NCBI GenBank assembly: GCA_038143065.1
Contig: JAYQLI010000035.1
Span: 1,088,001-1,152,000, forward strand
DNA from: Rhodospirillales bacterium
GTDB lineage: Bacteria > Pseudomonadota > Alphaproteobacteria > Bin95
Reading direction: 5' to 3'
DNA: 64,000 nucleotides
Every line of letters begins with the position of its first letter. The stretch's first letter is position 1. Shown here one piece after another: positions 32,821 through 44,175 of this stretch. The notes beneath the pieces are model-generated. The model ran no database searches, was not told the origin of the DNA, and saw nothing but the letters and a program-made list of their open reading frames with translations. The position numbers and the translations under genes are program-made.

Positions 32821-33975
32821 ATGGAATTCAATCTAAATGAAGATCAGTTGGCTTTCCAAGATTCTGCGCGCCGCTTTGCTTCTGCATGTTTAGCTCCCAA
32901 CGCAGCAGATTGGGATAGGGATGCTCATTTTCCAATAGATATAATGCGAGAAGCGGCGGCTATTGGGTTTGGTGGTATCTACGTGGCGGCCGACGTTGGA
33001 GGCTCCGATCTGAAAAGAATTGATGCTGCCATCATCTTCGAGGCTTTAGCTGAGGGGTGCACGTCGACGGCTGCATTTTTATCTATCCATAATATGGCAG
33101 CCTGGATGATCGACTGCTTTGGGTCACCTGAGCAGAGACAACGATGGCTGCCTGACCTCACCACGATGACAATGATAGCCAGCTATTGCCTCACCGAGCC
33201 AGGTTCTGGTTCAGATGCAGCTGCTCTTAAAACTAAGGCTGTCCTGAGAGGAGATCACTATATTTTAAATGGTGGCAAAGCCTTTATTTCTGGTGCCGGA
33301 ACCTCAGACCTCTATATCACCATGGTTCGTACTGGCGATGATGGCCCAAAAGGCATCACCTGTTTGGCTATACCAAAAGATACACCAGGCGTTTCATTCG
33401 GCAAAACTGAACGAAAAATGGGGTGGAATAGTCAACCGACTGCGCAGGTTATTTTTGAAGACGCCCGAGTTCCAGTAGAAAATAGAATAGGTGCCGAAGG
33501 CGAAGGATTTAAAATTGCAATGGCCGGACTTGATGGAGGCAGGATAAACATTGCTGCATGCTCCACTGGAACAGCGCATGCGGCCCTGAATACCTCGATT
33601 GCGTACATGAATGATCGACAGGCATTCGGCCAGAAACTTTCAAATTTCCAAGCTCTACAGTTCAAATTAGCCGATATGGCTACAAACTTAGAGGCAGCTC
33701 GCCTTATGATGTATCGGGCCGCGAATTCTTTGGACTCAAGATCACCAGACGCGACCCTTCATTGCGCGATGGCTAAGCGATTTGCGACCGACGTTGGGTT
33801 CGATGTATGCAACGAGGCGCTACAAATCCACGGCGGTTATGGTTACTTAAATGACTTCCCACTGGAACGACATGTTCGTGATGTTCGTGTGCACCAGATA
33901 CTAGAAGGCACAAATGAAATCATGCGCGTAATTATTGCTCGCAAACTTCTGGGTGATTTGAGGAATAAGGCATGA
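32821..33975 (+). CDS. Isobutyryl-CoA dehydrogenase (acyl-CoA dehydrogenase)
   Basis: [46 protein letters not shown]. Lies in an operon with HIBCH and mmsB. Confidence 0.9.
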   Translation: MEFNLNEDQLAFQDSARRFASACLAPNAADWDRDAHFPIDIMREAAAIGFGGIYVAADVGGSDLKRIDAAIIFEALAEGCTSTAAFLSIHNMAAWMIDCFGSPEQRQRWLPDLTTMTMIASYCLTEPGSGSDAAALKTKAVLRGDHYILNGGKAFISGAGTSDLYITMVRTGDDGPKGITCLAIPKDTPGVSFGKTERKMGWNSQPTAQVIFEDARVPVENRIGAEGEGFKIAMAGLDGGRINIAACSTGTAHAALNTSIAYMNDRQAFGQKLSNFQALQFKLADMATNLEAARLMMYRAANSLDSRSPDATLHCAMAKRFATDVGFDVCNEALQIHGGYGYLNDFPLERHVRDVRVHQILEGTNEIMRVIIARKLLGDLRNKA

Positions 33976-35024
33976 GCAACGATATTCTTTTTGAGGAACG
34001 TGGGAAGGTTGGGCTAATTACGTTGAACCGCCCGAAGGCTTTGAATGCAATTAGTGTTGAAATGGTGCGGGCAATGACCCTTGCGCTCGACCAATGGGCT
34101 GCCAGTGAAACAATAAGAGCCGTTATAATTTTAGGAGCTGGCGGCAGAGCATTTGCAGCAGGCGGCGACATACAAAGACTTTATGAGTTCATGTCGGCAA
34201 AAGATATGTCATACCCGATCGAATTTTTTGCTGAAGAATATCGACTTAACCAAAAAATCAAGCGTTTTCCCAAACCTTATATATCAATTTACAATGGGAT
34301 CGTTATGGGCGGTGGGGTCGGCGTGTCCGTGCATGGATCCTGCAGAATAGCCACAGATGCAACAATATTAGCAATGCCCGAGACCGGGATAGGTTTCTTT
34401 CCAGACGTCGGGGGTACGTATTTTATGCCCAGACTTAATGGAGGCTTGGGCAACTACATGGCACTTACAGGGGCACGACTGGATGGTGGAGACTGCGTTA
34501 CCGAAGGTTTAGCTGATCATTATATAAAGGTAGGTGAGATTGACTCGCTAATTTACGCTTTAGTGGATAGCGATAATATCGGAGCAACCATAAAGGAAAT
34601 GTCTGTTCATCCCCCTATTGGTAAACATGCAACAATTCGAAACGAAATCAGAAGCTGCTTCAATCATTCATCGATTGAAGAAGTAATCAGATCTTTAGAA
34701 AAAAATGATACCGAATGGGCAAATAGTCAGCTCAACACAATCCGGCAAAAATCCCCGCTCTCTGTAGCCGTTACTTGGGAGCAATTACGACGAGGGGCCA
34801 CACTGGATTTTGAACAATGCCTTCAACTTGAATACAGGATTGCTCTCGCTAGCTGCCAAACTGGTGAATTCAGAGAAGGAGTAAGAGCTCTTCTCATTGA
34901 CAAAGACAACAAACCTCAATGGAGACACGTCAGAGTTGAGGACGTATCCGAAGAGGAGATACAGGCTCATTTTCAAGAGCCTTCATCAGGTGACATGAAA
35001 TTTAATTTAAATAACGAGATATAA
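33972..35024 (+). CDS. 3-hydroxyisobutyryl-CoA hydrolase (crotonase family)
   Basis: [47 protein letters not shown]. Confidence 0.9.
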   Translation: MSNDILFEERGKVGLITLNRPKALNAISVEMVRAMTLALDQWAASETIRAVIILGAGGRAFAAGGDIQRLYEFMSAKDMSYPIEFFAEEYRLNQKIKRFPKPYISIYNGIVMGGGVGVSVHGSCRIATDATILAMPETGIGFFPDVGGTYFMPRLNGGLGNYMALTGARLDGGDCVTEGLADHYIKVGEIDSLIYALVDSDNIGATIKEMSVHPPIGKHATIRNEIRSCFNHSSIEEVIRSLEKNDTEWANSQLNTIRQKSPLSVAVTWEQLRRGATLDFEQCLQLEYRIALASCQTGEFREGVRALLIDKDNKPQWRHVRVEDVSEEEIQAHFQEPSSGDMKFNLNNEI

Positions 35025-35040
35025 TACAGGAGTTTTTGTT

Positions 35041-35937
35041 ATGGCTCGAATAGCATTCATCGGCGTTGGGAATATGGGCGGACCGATGTCAATAAACCTT
35101 GCTAAGGCTCAGCATCAGGTTCAGGCCTTTGATCTTTCACCTACGGCACTCAAGGCTGCTGAAGACGGTGGGGCAACAGCAGCAGCTAGCGTAGCAGACG
35201 CTGTAAAAGATGCTGAAATTGTTATTACGATGCTCCCAGCAGGAGCTCATGTCAGAGAAGTTTACACCGGCTCTGGCGGTATATTTGAGAACGCACCAAA
35301 GGGTTGCCTATTTATTGATAGTTCCACTATCGATGTCGCAACTACGCGCGAGATAATTAGCGAAGCAAAGTCCGCTGGATTTGATATGGTTGACGCTCCT
35401 GTATCAGGTGGCACTGGTGGAGCAGCAGCTGGAACATTGACGTTCATGGTAGGTGGAGAGCAAGCCGCATTTGATCGCGGGCAGCCAGCTTTTCAAGCAA
35501 TGGGTAAGACCATAGTGCACTGCGGAGAAGCAGGGGCCGGACAAGCAGTAAAGGCCTGCAACAACATGATGTTAGCAATAACCATGATCGGAGTTGCCGA
35601 AGGCTTCAACCTAGCGGATTCACTCGGCATTGATCGACAAATTGTGTATAATGTTTGCTCTACAGCAACTGCAAATTCTTGGGCGCTTTCGACCTATTGC
35701 CCGGTTCCTGGTCCGGCCCCCAGCTCACCAGCAAACAGAAATTACGAGGCTGGCTTCACTGCAGATATGATGTTAAAGGATCTTCGACTTGCTCAGGATG
35801 CCGCTCAAAAAGCAGGAGTATCGACACCTCTCGGCTCAGAAGCTCAGGCTCTTTACGCGTTATATTCCAACATGGGCGAAGGAGGTAAAGACTTCTCTGG
35901 AATTATACAGATGCTGCGAGGAAAATCTGGCGATTAA
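35041..35937 (+). CDS. mmsB: 3-hydroxyisobutyrate dehydrogenase
   Basis: FIGVGNMG, TMLP, DSSTID, DAPVSGG, KACNNM, CPVPG, KDFS. Valine catabolism operon context. Confidence 0.93.
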   Translation: MARIAFIGVGNMGGPMSINLAKAQHQVQAFDLSPTALKAAEDGGATAAASVADAVKDAEIVITMLPAGAHVREVYTGSGGIFENAPKGCLFIDSSTIDVATTREIISEAKSAGFDMVDAPVSGGTGGAAAGTLTFMVGGEQAAFDRGQPAFQAMGKTIVHCGEAGAGQAVKACNNMMLAITMIGVAEGFNLADSLGIDRQIVYNVCSTATANSWALSTYCPVPGPAPSSPANRNYEAGFTADMMLKDLRLAQDAAQKAGVSTPLGSEAQALYALYSNMGEGGKDFSGIIQMLRGKSGD

Positions 35938-35976
35938 GTTGCAAGATGTGATCACTTAGCGGGCAAATAAACCGTA

Positions 35977-36060
35977 TTCTTCTCCCTTTCAAGCACACTA
36001 AATGATGATGCGTTCTACACAAAACCTCTATCTCTTGAGCGCTTGAAAGGGGAAGAAGAA
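35977..36060. repeat. Long-range inverted repeat (~18-bp arms, 46-nt spacer) between convergent genes
   Basis: TTCTTCTCCCTTTCAAGC (35977-35994) pairs with GCTTGAAAGGG-GA-AGAAGAA (36041-36060), with a 2-nt bulge. Confidence 0.65.
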
Positions 36061-36137
36061 AAGCACCAAACGTAAAACAGCTAGCTAAGTTTGCTGACGC
36101 AGCTCAAGAAAGAGTAATCAGTCATTGCATAAATGTC

Positions 36138-36887
36138 TTAATAATCTTGAAGAAGAGATCCGAACCCATAAACCTTATCATTGATGCCATTCATACGCAG
36201 GGCATGCCAATATGTTACCGTGTTGATTGCTAGGACAGGCTTGTCTAGCCAAAACTCTGCCATTGGTGCGAGTTTAGCAAAACAAAGATTGGTTCCAACT
36301 TGCAATATAGCCTCAACCTGAGAGTCATTCACTCTTTCAACGGCATTACGCAAGGTTTTGGGATCAACATGGGCAATTGAAGTCGGGCTGTCACATTTAA
36401 GACCTTCAACAGCAACTACCTCGAAACCACAGTCAGAGAAGAATTTTGTTACCTCACTATCTCCAATTGGCATGTAGGGGGTAATAACTCCTATTCGAGT
36501 AATATCTCCGAAGCACCTTAATGCAGCTTGACTTGCATCAGAGCCCATAGCTACCGGCAAGCCATTCGCGCGGTCTCCTATTTTTTTCTTAAGCTCGATA
36601 GATCCTTGCAAACCTCCCCAGAATGTTTCTGAAGACATCCCCATAACTATTGCGTTAGGACGTGCGGTCATGACCCTATCAACAGCTTGAAATAGCTCAG
36701 CTCGGATGCGAACCATTAATTCTTCAAAGTCAGCATCAGAAGTAAGACGATCATCCGGAATATGGATACGACTAAAATGATTAGTCACCCCGTAAGGCGC
36801 CATCCAACCAAATTCAGGCTGCACAATCGTATTTGTTGAGGGCGCTATAACGCCAAATTTCATTCGATGGCCAAGAACGTCTGACAT
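36138..36887 (-). CDS. Asp/Glu racemase superfamily protein (maleate isomerase / arylmalonate decarboxylase-like)
   Basis: GVIAPSTNTIVQPE, ITPY, QVGTNL, KPVLAIN, GFGSLL. Starts 11 nt after the parE stop. Confidence 0.82.
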   Translation of the reverse strand: MSDVLGHRMKFGVIAPSTNTIVQPEFGWMAPYGVTNHFSRIHIPDDRLTSDADFEELMVRIRAELFQAVDRVMTARPNAIVMGMSSETFWGGLQGSIELKKKIGDRANGLPVAMGSDASQAALRCFGDITRIGVITPYMPIGDSEVTKFFSDCGFEVVAVEGLKCDSPTSIAHVDPKTLRNAVERVNDSQVEAILQVGTNLCFAKLAPMAEFWLDKPVLAINTVTYWHALRMNGINDKVYGFGSLLQDY

Positions 36888-36898
36888 CAGGGCTTTCC

Positions 36899-38892
36899 TC
36901 AAATGTCCAGATTATCTGCAAAGCGCGCATTCTCTTGAATAAAAGCCAAACGGGTTTCGGGGCGCTTACCCATGAGGCGATCAACCAAATCTTCAGAGGA
37001 GCGTCGGGCTTCAAGGCCGACAGCTGGTTCTCCCGCACCGTCGGTTAATGCAACCTGTAAAAGCTTTCGCTTATCTGGCGCCATAGTCGTATCACGGAGC
37101 TGCCCAGGAGGCATTTCCCCTAAGCCTTTAAAACGACTTATTTCAACTTTTCGCTTGCCCTTAAAAGAAGTTTCTAGAAGTTCCTCCCTATGAGCATCAT
37201 CTCTCGCGTAGTGTGTTTCGCCACCAGCGGTTAAACGATAAAGAGGTGGTTGTGCCAAATATAGACCACCATTTTCTATGAGCTCCGGCATCTCTTGGAA
37301 AAAGAAAGTCATCAAAAGAGATGCAATGTGAGCTCCATCTACATCCGCATCTGTCATGATAATGATGCGCTCGTAGCGAAGCTTGTCATGGTCATATGAT
37401 TTTCCCGCCCCCGCGCCTAAGGCGAGTAAAATGTCTTGCACCTCTTGATTAGCGCGCATCTTGTCAGCAGTGGCATTGGCTACATTCAGAATTTTCCCGC
37501 GTAACGGCAAAATTGCTTGTGTTTTCCTGTCACGAGCCTGCTTCGCAGAGCCCCCGCGCTATCACCCTCTACGAGGAAAAGTTCGCAGCCTTCGGGTCCT
37601 GGTAGAGAACAATCTGCAAGTTTACCTGGGAGACGCAACTTACGGCTAGTCGCAGATTTGCGCTTCACCTCACGTTCCGCCCTACGTTTCAAGCGTTCTT
37701 CTGATCTCTCAATGACATGAGAAAGTAAGGCATCTGCATTAGCTGGATTGGCTGCGAGCCAGCTCTCAAAACGATCACGAACTGCCGCCTCAACAAACCT
37801 CTGAGCTTCGGGTGTTTCAAGCCGCTCCTTCGTTTGTCCTTGAAACTGCGGATCTCTGATAAAACAGGATAGCATTAGTGCACAACCGCCAGCGACATCT
37901 TCACCAGTGACTTGACTCACCTTTTTAACGTTCTTCAGATCACCAAAATTTTTGATGCCTCTAAGAAGCGCAGCGCGGAAGCCTGCCTCATGGCTCCCAC
38001 CCAAGGGCGTAGGAATTGTGTTGCAGTACGAATGAGAAAAGCCATCATCACCATCATCTGGCCATGCAAGTGCCCATTCTACTCGCCCTGTACCATTAAA
38101 AGAAGCTTCCCCAGCAAAAGGCAAATCAGTAGCCGTTGAACGTTGACCAAGGCTTGCAGTTAAGAAATCCAGCAAACCTCCAGGGAATTGAAGATCTTCT
38201 TCCGCAGGTGTTTTATCACCCTCTGCAATAAGATTAGGCGGGCACTTCCAACGAATTTTTACACCCTTGAAGAGGTAAGCCTTGGAGCGAGCCATTCGAT
38301 ATAGCCTAGAAGGACTAAATTTTAGTCTGTCCCCAAAAATCTCTGGATCGGGCTTAAAACGGATGGTGGTGCCGCGCCGGTTTGTTACAACTCCCACATT
38401 CTCCAGCTTTGACTTAGATATGCCCTTTGAATAATTCTGCCGCCAAAGCTTACGGTCTCTTGCAACCTCAACCGTAAGATCCTCCGACAGCGCATTCACC
38501 ACAGACATGCCAACACCGTGTAAGCCGCCTGAGGTAGCGTAGTTTTTTCCTGAAAACTTTCCTCCGGAATGCAAGGTAGTAAGGATTACTTCAAGAGCCG
38601 ATAGGTCTTTGAATTTCGGGTGTGGGTCTACAGGAATTCCGCGACCATTATCCCTAACCTGAAAGTATCCATCTGGTGTTAATTCAACATCAATCTGACT
38701 TGCATGGCCTTCAACAGCTTCATCCATTGAATTGTCTAAAATTTCAGCTGCCAAATGATGGTAAGCTCGCTCATCAGCTCCACCGATGTACATTCCAGGT
38801 CGGCGGCGCACTGCCTCTAAACCCTCTAACACCTCAATATCAGCGGCGGTGTATTCTGACTTAGAGTTAGTATCTGCAAATAAATCAGTCAT
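36899..38892 (-). CDS. parE: DNA topoisomerase IV subunit B; frameshift near 37550
   Basis: [65 protein letters not shown]. About 660 aa, without the GyrB insertion. Confidence 0.93.
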
Positions 38893-39111
38893 CTTGAGCC
38901 ATTTGTTAGGAGCGTTTTAGACTATGACTTGTTTAAGGGGAGTAGTATCTAACCACAAGCATCCTTACTCTGGAAAACCACAACTTCATCATCAGGACAT
39001 TGGCTCGTTACTTACAGGCGACTATCCCACCGCATTTGCCAGAGAATACAAATTTTTAGGATCAACTGTATTTGCTTAGAAGCGCTAATTATATTGCTGG
39101 AGTTTAACCTT

Positions 39112-40680
39112 ATGTCAGTTTTTAAAAGCCGTTTTGCTGACATTACCCTTCAAAAATTATCCGTCTCTGAGCGAGTTTTCCAAGGCCTAAGTAGTCGCCC
39201 GAATGAGCCAGTCTTAATTGATGGTCCTACAGGACGATCCTTAAACGGAAGCGAAACGATCGATCAGATCAAGCGGCTTGCTGGGGGCCTGAACTCCAAG
39301 GGCCTTGGTGCAGGTAAAGTCATGGGAATAATGGCGCCTAACATCCCTGAATACGCGATTGCATTCTACGGAATGCTGCACGCGGGTGGCACAGTTACTA
39401 CAATTAATCCTTCATATACTGCCGTAGAAGTTAGCCATCAGCTACAAGATGCAAAAACAGACCTGCTCGTAACCACTCTTGATTTTTTAAAAACCGCACA
39501 AGCTGCTGTTGATGAATGTAATCGGGAAGTCGAAATAGCAATTATTGATACGATGGATGGTATCACTTGCCTGAGTGATCTTAAGGGCAATCCTCAACAT
39601 GAACAAACTCCGATTGATCTTGAGACACATGTAGCAGCATTGCCCTATTCATCGGGGACCACAGGCCTGCCAAAGGGGGTAATGCTAAGTCATCAAAATC
39701 TCGTTGCTAACATAGACCAATTTCTGACTATGCTACCCACTTCTCCTGGAGAAGCAGCAGTAGTCTTTCTCCCGCTTTTCCATATTTACGGGCTAAATGC
39801 GTTGCTCTCGCCGTATCTGGCATCAGGCGGCTGTATTGTTACCATGCCGCGCTTCGACTTTGATCTCTATTTAAAACTCGTCGCACAATATAAAACGCCA
39901 AAACTTTGGACTGCACCGCCGGTTGCGCTTGGCCTAACCCAGCATCCAGCAATCGATCATGCAGATCTATCTTCGGTACAGGTTCTTTTCTCTGCAGCAG
40001 CACCACTCCCTGATGATGTTGGAGCCGCATGTGCCTCTCGACTTGGTTGCATTGTGACGCAAGGTTACGGGATGACGGAATTGAGTCCAGCTTCCCACTT
40101 AACCCCACCAGAACTTGCTAAGGCGGGCGCCGTCGGACTGACTGCCCCAAGTACGGAAACTCGCATTATTAATCCAGAAACCGGAGAGAGAGTTGGTCCC
40201 AACCAAGAAGGAGAGGTTCAAGTTCGCGGACCACAGGTAATGTTAGGATATCTAAACAATCCGCAAGCCACCGCTGAAACTATCATAGATAACGGGTGGC
40301 TAAGAACAGGAGATTTGGGCTTTGTAGATGAAGATGGCTATCTCTACATCCGCGATAGACTAAAGGAGCTAATCAAATTCAAAGGATTTCAAGTTGCCCC
40401 TGCCGAAGTTGAGAATGCACTTCTTTCCCATTCTGGGATTGCTGATGCTGCCGTCATAGGCATCCCTGATACTGAAGCTGGTGAGCTACCATGCGCATAT
40501 GTAGTTAAGAACCCCCAACATCAGGTTTCCATTGAAGATTTGAGTGCCCATGTCTCTGGTCGTCTAGCAAGCTACAAAAGCCCTGCAAAAATTTCTTTCG
40601 TGGAATCCATACCCAAATCCGCATCTGGGAAGATACTTCGCAGGGTTTTAAAGGCTCAAGCCTTATCTGGAGATCTATAA
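39112..40680 (+). CDS. AMP-binding acyl-CoA ligase, 4-coumarate--CoA ligase-like
   Basis: PYSSGTTGLPKG, LPLFHIYG, QGYGMTE, GEVQVRG, LRTGD, DRLKELIK.KG.QVAPAE, GKILR. Confidence 0.88.
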   Translation: MSVFKSRFADITLQKLSVSERVFQGLSSRPNEPVLIDGPTGRSLNGSETIDQIKRLAGGLNSKGLGAGKVMGIMAPNIPEYAIAFYGMLHAGGTVTTINPSYTAVEVSHQLQDAKTDLLVTTLDFLKTAQAAVDECNREVEIAIIDTMDGITCLSDLKGNPQHEQTPIDLETHVAALPYSSGTTGLPKGVMLSHQNLVANIDQFLTMLPTSPGEAAVVFLPLFHIYGLNALLSPYLASGGCIVTMPRFDFDLYLKLVAQYKTPKLWTAPPVALGLTQHPAIDHADLSSVQVLFSAAAPLPDDVGAACASRLGCIVTQGYGMTELSPASHLTPPELAKAGAVGLTAPSTETRIINPETGERVGPNQEGEVQVRGPQVMLGYLNNPQATAETIIDNGWLRTGDLGFVDEDGYLYIRDRLKELIKFKGFQVAPAEVENALLSHSGIADAAVIGIPDTEAGELPCAYVVKNPQHQVSIEDLSAHVSGRLASYKSPAKISFVESIPKSASGKILRRVLKAQALSGDL

Positions 40681-40705
40681 ATTAGGGTAAGATATCACCT
40701 TAGTT

Positions 40706-41638
40706 CTAAATTCTAACTTCAAACTTTGTTGCTTGAGGGATAACCTCTGATACCAGACGTTCAGTTTGTGCCAAAAGGTCCGAGTCAGTTAGGCCTATTG
40801 GGCGCAGAATAAATTTTGAAATCCCCACTGCAGCATAACCTTCGATACGCTTAAGGATGTCCTCTGCATCACCGACAGCAAAGTGTTTTTTAGCGTCACG
40901 TCCAGTGCGTTTTTCAAAAGCAGCAGTTCGCTTTGGAAGATCGGCATCCTCCCAATTTCCAAACCGGAAGTGAAAGCCAGCTCCATAGTGATCTGAGTCA
41001 ATTGTACGCTCTTCATGTACTAAGGCAGCTTTGATAGCGTCTAGTACAGGAGGCAATTCATCGGCCGTTTCCTGACCAGCTTGCCAACCAGTCCCAAATT
41101 TTGCTGTTCTTCTAATTGCAGGTTTTGAAGATCCTCCAATCCAAAACGGGATTTTTTTCTGAACCGGCTTTGGCTCTATTCGGGCAGCTTGATAGTTAAA
41201 ATGGTCACCTTCAAAAGTTACAGAATCTTCTCTCCACAACCTTGTAACTAGCTCCATGGCTTCGTCTGCGATCTTACCTGACCCTTTTGATGACCGCCCT
41301 GTAGCTCCCCAATCGGGTGCCACTGCTGAGCCCACACCAAAGGCTGGAAGCAATCGTCCATCAGAAAGAAAATCGATAGTTGCGCATTGCTTCGCCATTA
41401 GTAGAGGGTCACGAAGGCCAAGAGAGGCAACGTTCATGCCAAATTTCATTCGACGGGTCCGACCCGCGAGGGCTGCCATTGCACTCATACATTCCAAATG
41501 TGGAATTGGAGAAACTAGGCGGTCAGTTTGCCAAAGGCTGTCCACGCCTCCAACTTCCGCCAAATCAACCCACTCCCAGTACGCCTTTGCCGAAGAAAAC
41601 GGAAAGTCCGCCAAACCCAAGCCCACACTAACGGCCAT
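40706..41638 (-). CDS. LLM-class flavin/F420-dependent oxidoreductase
   Basis: SLWQTD, LAGRT, AKQCATIDFLSDGR, PKPVQ..IPFWIGG. Confidence 0.85.
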   Translation of the reverse strand: MAVSVGLGLADFPFSSAKAYWEWVDLAEVGGVDSLWQTDRLVSPIPHLECMSAMAALAGRTRRMKFGMNVASLGLRDPLLMAKQCATIDFLSDGRLLPAFGVGSAVAPDWGATGRSSKGSGKIADEAMELVTRLWREDSVTFEGDHFNYQAARIEPKPVQKKIPFWIGGSSKPAIRRTAKFGTGWQAGQETADELPPVLDAIKAALVHEERTIDSDHYGAGFHFRFGNWEDADLPKRTAAFEKRTGRDAKKHFAVGDAEDILKRIEGYAAVGISKFILRPIGLTDSDLLAQTERLVSEVIPQATKFEVRI

Positions 41639-41796
41639 ACTCAAAAACTCCCCAAGTACTAAGAATAAAAGCCTATGACGCGAGCAGGATGACTTGCAAT
41701 GTCTGAAAAACAAAATAAGCCGACTTGTACTACACCACCCTACCCGCGTAGGCTTCCACTTTAATTGAACTTCAAACTCAGGGGGATTCACTGCCG

Positions 41797-42973
41797 ATGA
41801 GTATAAGAGGCAAGGCCTGTATTGCTGGGATTTACGAACATCCTACTCGCAAGGCACCCGATAAATCATTAGCCCAACTACATGCTGAGGTGGCTGCTGG
41901 CGCCACTCGCAGATGCAGGGCTTTCTTTTTCTGATGTGGATGGATTTTACTGCGCTGGAGATGCCCCTGGCCTTGGCGGAATGTCAATGGCCGAATATAT
42001 GGGATTAAATCTACGTCACATTGATACAACAGAAACAGGCGGATCATCATACGTAATCCACGTGAACCACGCTGCCCAAATGATAGCTGCTGGGAAAATT
42101 GACGTCGCGCTGATTACTCTTGCTGGTAGGCCTCGCTCAGAAGGTATGGCCACGGGAACCGCACCCCGAATTTATGACCAAAACGCTCCCGACGTTGGGT
42201 TTGAAGCTCCATATGGGCCAACTGTTGTGAATATGTATGCCATGGCAGCAATGCGGCACATGCATGAATTTGGAACGACTTCTGAACAGCTGGCTTGGAT
42301 TAAGGTCGCGGCTTCAACACATGCTCAATATAATGAGCATGCAATGCTCCGTGATGTAGTAACCGTAGAGGACGTTGTTAATTCCCCGATGATCTCAGAT
42401 CCACTACACCGCCTTGATTGTTGTGTTATTTCTGACGGTGGTGGAGCAATTGTTATGGTGAAGCCAGAGATTGCCAAATCACTTAAACGGCCAGTCGTTA
42501 AGTACCTGGGTGGTGGAGAAACTATAAAGCATCTCAACAGTGGAAATGTTGATTTAACATATACTGGTGCTCGACACTCCGGCCCACCTGCTTTTGAGGA
42601 ATCTGGAGTTAAACATGGTGATATAAAATACGCCTCAATATATGACAGCTTCACAATAACAGTTTTGGAAACTATCGAAGACCTGGGCTTTTGCGAAAAA
42701 GGTCAGGGCGGTAAATTTGTTTCGGACGGTAATTTAATTTCTGGAGTGGGTAAGCTGCCTTTCAATACCGATGGTGGGGGACTGTGCAATAACCATCCTG
42801 CTAACCGAGGCGGTATGACAAAGGTATTGGAAGCAGTACGTCAGGTCCGAGGTGAAGCTCATCCTAAGGTTCAGGTTCCGAATTGTGATATTGCCCTAGC
42901 CCATGGCACAGGCGGGTCAATTGGAACCCGTATGGGAAGCGCAACCATAATTATTGGCCAGGAGGACGCATAA
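41797..42973 (+). CDS. Thiolase-domain protein (SCP2-thiolase/Ltp-like); frameshift near 41905
   Basis: IAGIYEHPTR, GGSSY, RHMHEFG, DPLHRLDCC..DGGGA, YDSFT, NTDGGGL, HGTGG. Confidence 0.88.
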
Positions 42974-43359
42974 TGCCCCAAGAAAGTTATATTCATCCTC
43001 CCATTAACCCAGAGACAAAAGAATTTTGGGATGCTGCAAAGCAGGGTAAATTCCTTGTTCCCCGCTGTCCTGATACGGGTAAGTACCTATGGTTCCCTCG
43101 CCGTGTGTCTCCCTTCACGGGGAAAACCAATGTTGAATATGTAGAGAGCAAAGGCACAGGGACAATTTACACATTTAGCGTTATGCGCAGGTCAAAACAG
43201 CCCTATTGCATAGCTTATGTTACCCTCGATGAAGGGCCAACAATTATGACCAATATCGTCAATGTTGATTATGATACTGTCGAAATTGGGATGAAGGTAA
43301 AAGTTACCTTCAAGGACCTGAACGACGAAGCTGCACTTCCATTATTTGAACCTGCTTAA
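42973..43359 (+). CDS. DUF35 OB-fold / rubredoxin-like acyl-CoA-binding partner of thiolase
   Basis: FWDAA..G, G.GTIYTFS, V.LDEGP.IMTN, IGM.V, LP.F.P. TAATG coupling. Confidence 0.88.
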   Translation: MPQESYIHPPINPETKEFWDAAKQGKFLVPRCPDTGKYLWFPRRVSPFTGKTNVEYVESKGTGTIYTFSVMRRSKQPYCIAYVTLDEGPTIMTNIVNVDYDTVEIGMKVKVTFKDLNDEAALPLFEPA

Positions 43360-43390
43360 TCGTTCAGAAAATCAAGCGATATTTTAACCG

Positions 43391-43425
43391 CCCTGGCCGC
43401 CTAACAGCGGCCAGGGTTGTATTTT
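43391..43425 (+). terminator. Rho-independent terminator
   Basis: CCCTGGCCGC-CTAACA-GCGGCCAGGG, a 10-bp perfect stem followed by TTGTATTTT, between convergent genes. Confidence 0.8.
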
Positions 43426-43441
43426 ATCAGAAAGTCTAAAG

Positions 43442-44065
43442 TTAATCTGGTGGCCACTTACCACGGAATGGCTGTATCAGAGCTCGCTCAATCATTTCCA
43501 AGCGATCCTGACCATAAAACATATCTCCATCTACAAAGTATGTCGGAGACCCAAAAACTGAGCGCGAAATCGCTTCCTCTGTATTTTTTTCATACAGCAA
43601 GCGTGTAGCTGGAGCATTTGCTAGTTCCATTATCTCTTCTGGATTCAGGCCTGCACTTTTTATTAGCTCTAAGATCAAAGCTTGATCTGCTAGATCACCA
43701 TTATCACGCCAATGCGCCTCTAAAAAACTGTGTGAAAGTTGATCTGCCGATGCAAGCGTCTGAGCTGCTATAATACAACACGCAGCTTTGGTGACATCAT
43801 TCCAGTGGTGTGAAGGCATACCATCTAACACAGGAGCATTTCTGTATTCCGACCATCTTTGGATCTCGCGTCCAAAAAAGTAATTTCTATGCTCATTGGT
43901 TCGTTCTCTGGTGGGCGAGGAACCCGAGCCTGCAACCACAGCTTCGAAATTAAATGGCCTATGAACTATTTCGCGTTTTGCAGCCTTAGCAATTTCTAAA
44001 AATTTCGAAGATCCTAGATATGCGTAAGCACTGTGAGGAACATAAAAATATTCAATGAAAGACAT
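43442..44065 (-). CDS. 2-hydroxychromene-2-carboxylate isomerase / kappa-class GST (DsbA fold)
   Basis: IEYFY...SAYAYLG, VFGSPTY, FYGQDRL. Confidence 0.85.
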   Translation of the reverse strand: MSFIEYFYVPHSAYAYLGSSKFLEIAKAAKREIVHRPFNFEAVVAGSGSSPTRERTNEHRNYFFGREIQRWSEYRNAPVLDGMPSHHWNDVTKAACCIIAAQTLASADQLSHSFLEAHWRDNGDLADQALILELIKSAGLNPEEIMELANAPATRLLYEKNTEEAISRSVFGSPTYFVDGDMFYGQDRLEMIERALIQPFRGKWPPD

Positions 44066-44175
44066 ATGGAGACCGCCCCCCATTAAAAATTGATTTAAGA
44101 CCAACTAGCATTCACGCAGTTTTATCTCAAAAATCTTATTAGTTAGCGCTTTAGCAAAATCATAGCTATTTCGCC

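Noticed and set aside
36001-36040. ATGATGA resembling a C/D-box C motif inside the inverted repeat
   Set aside because: There is no CTGA D box at the matching position, and C/D guide RNAs are not known in bacteria.
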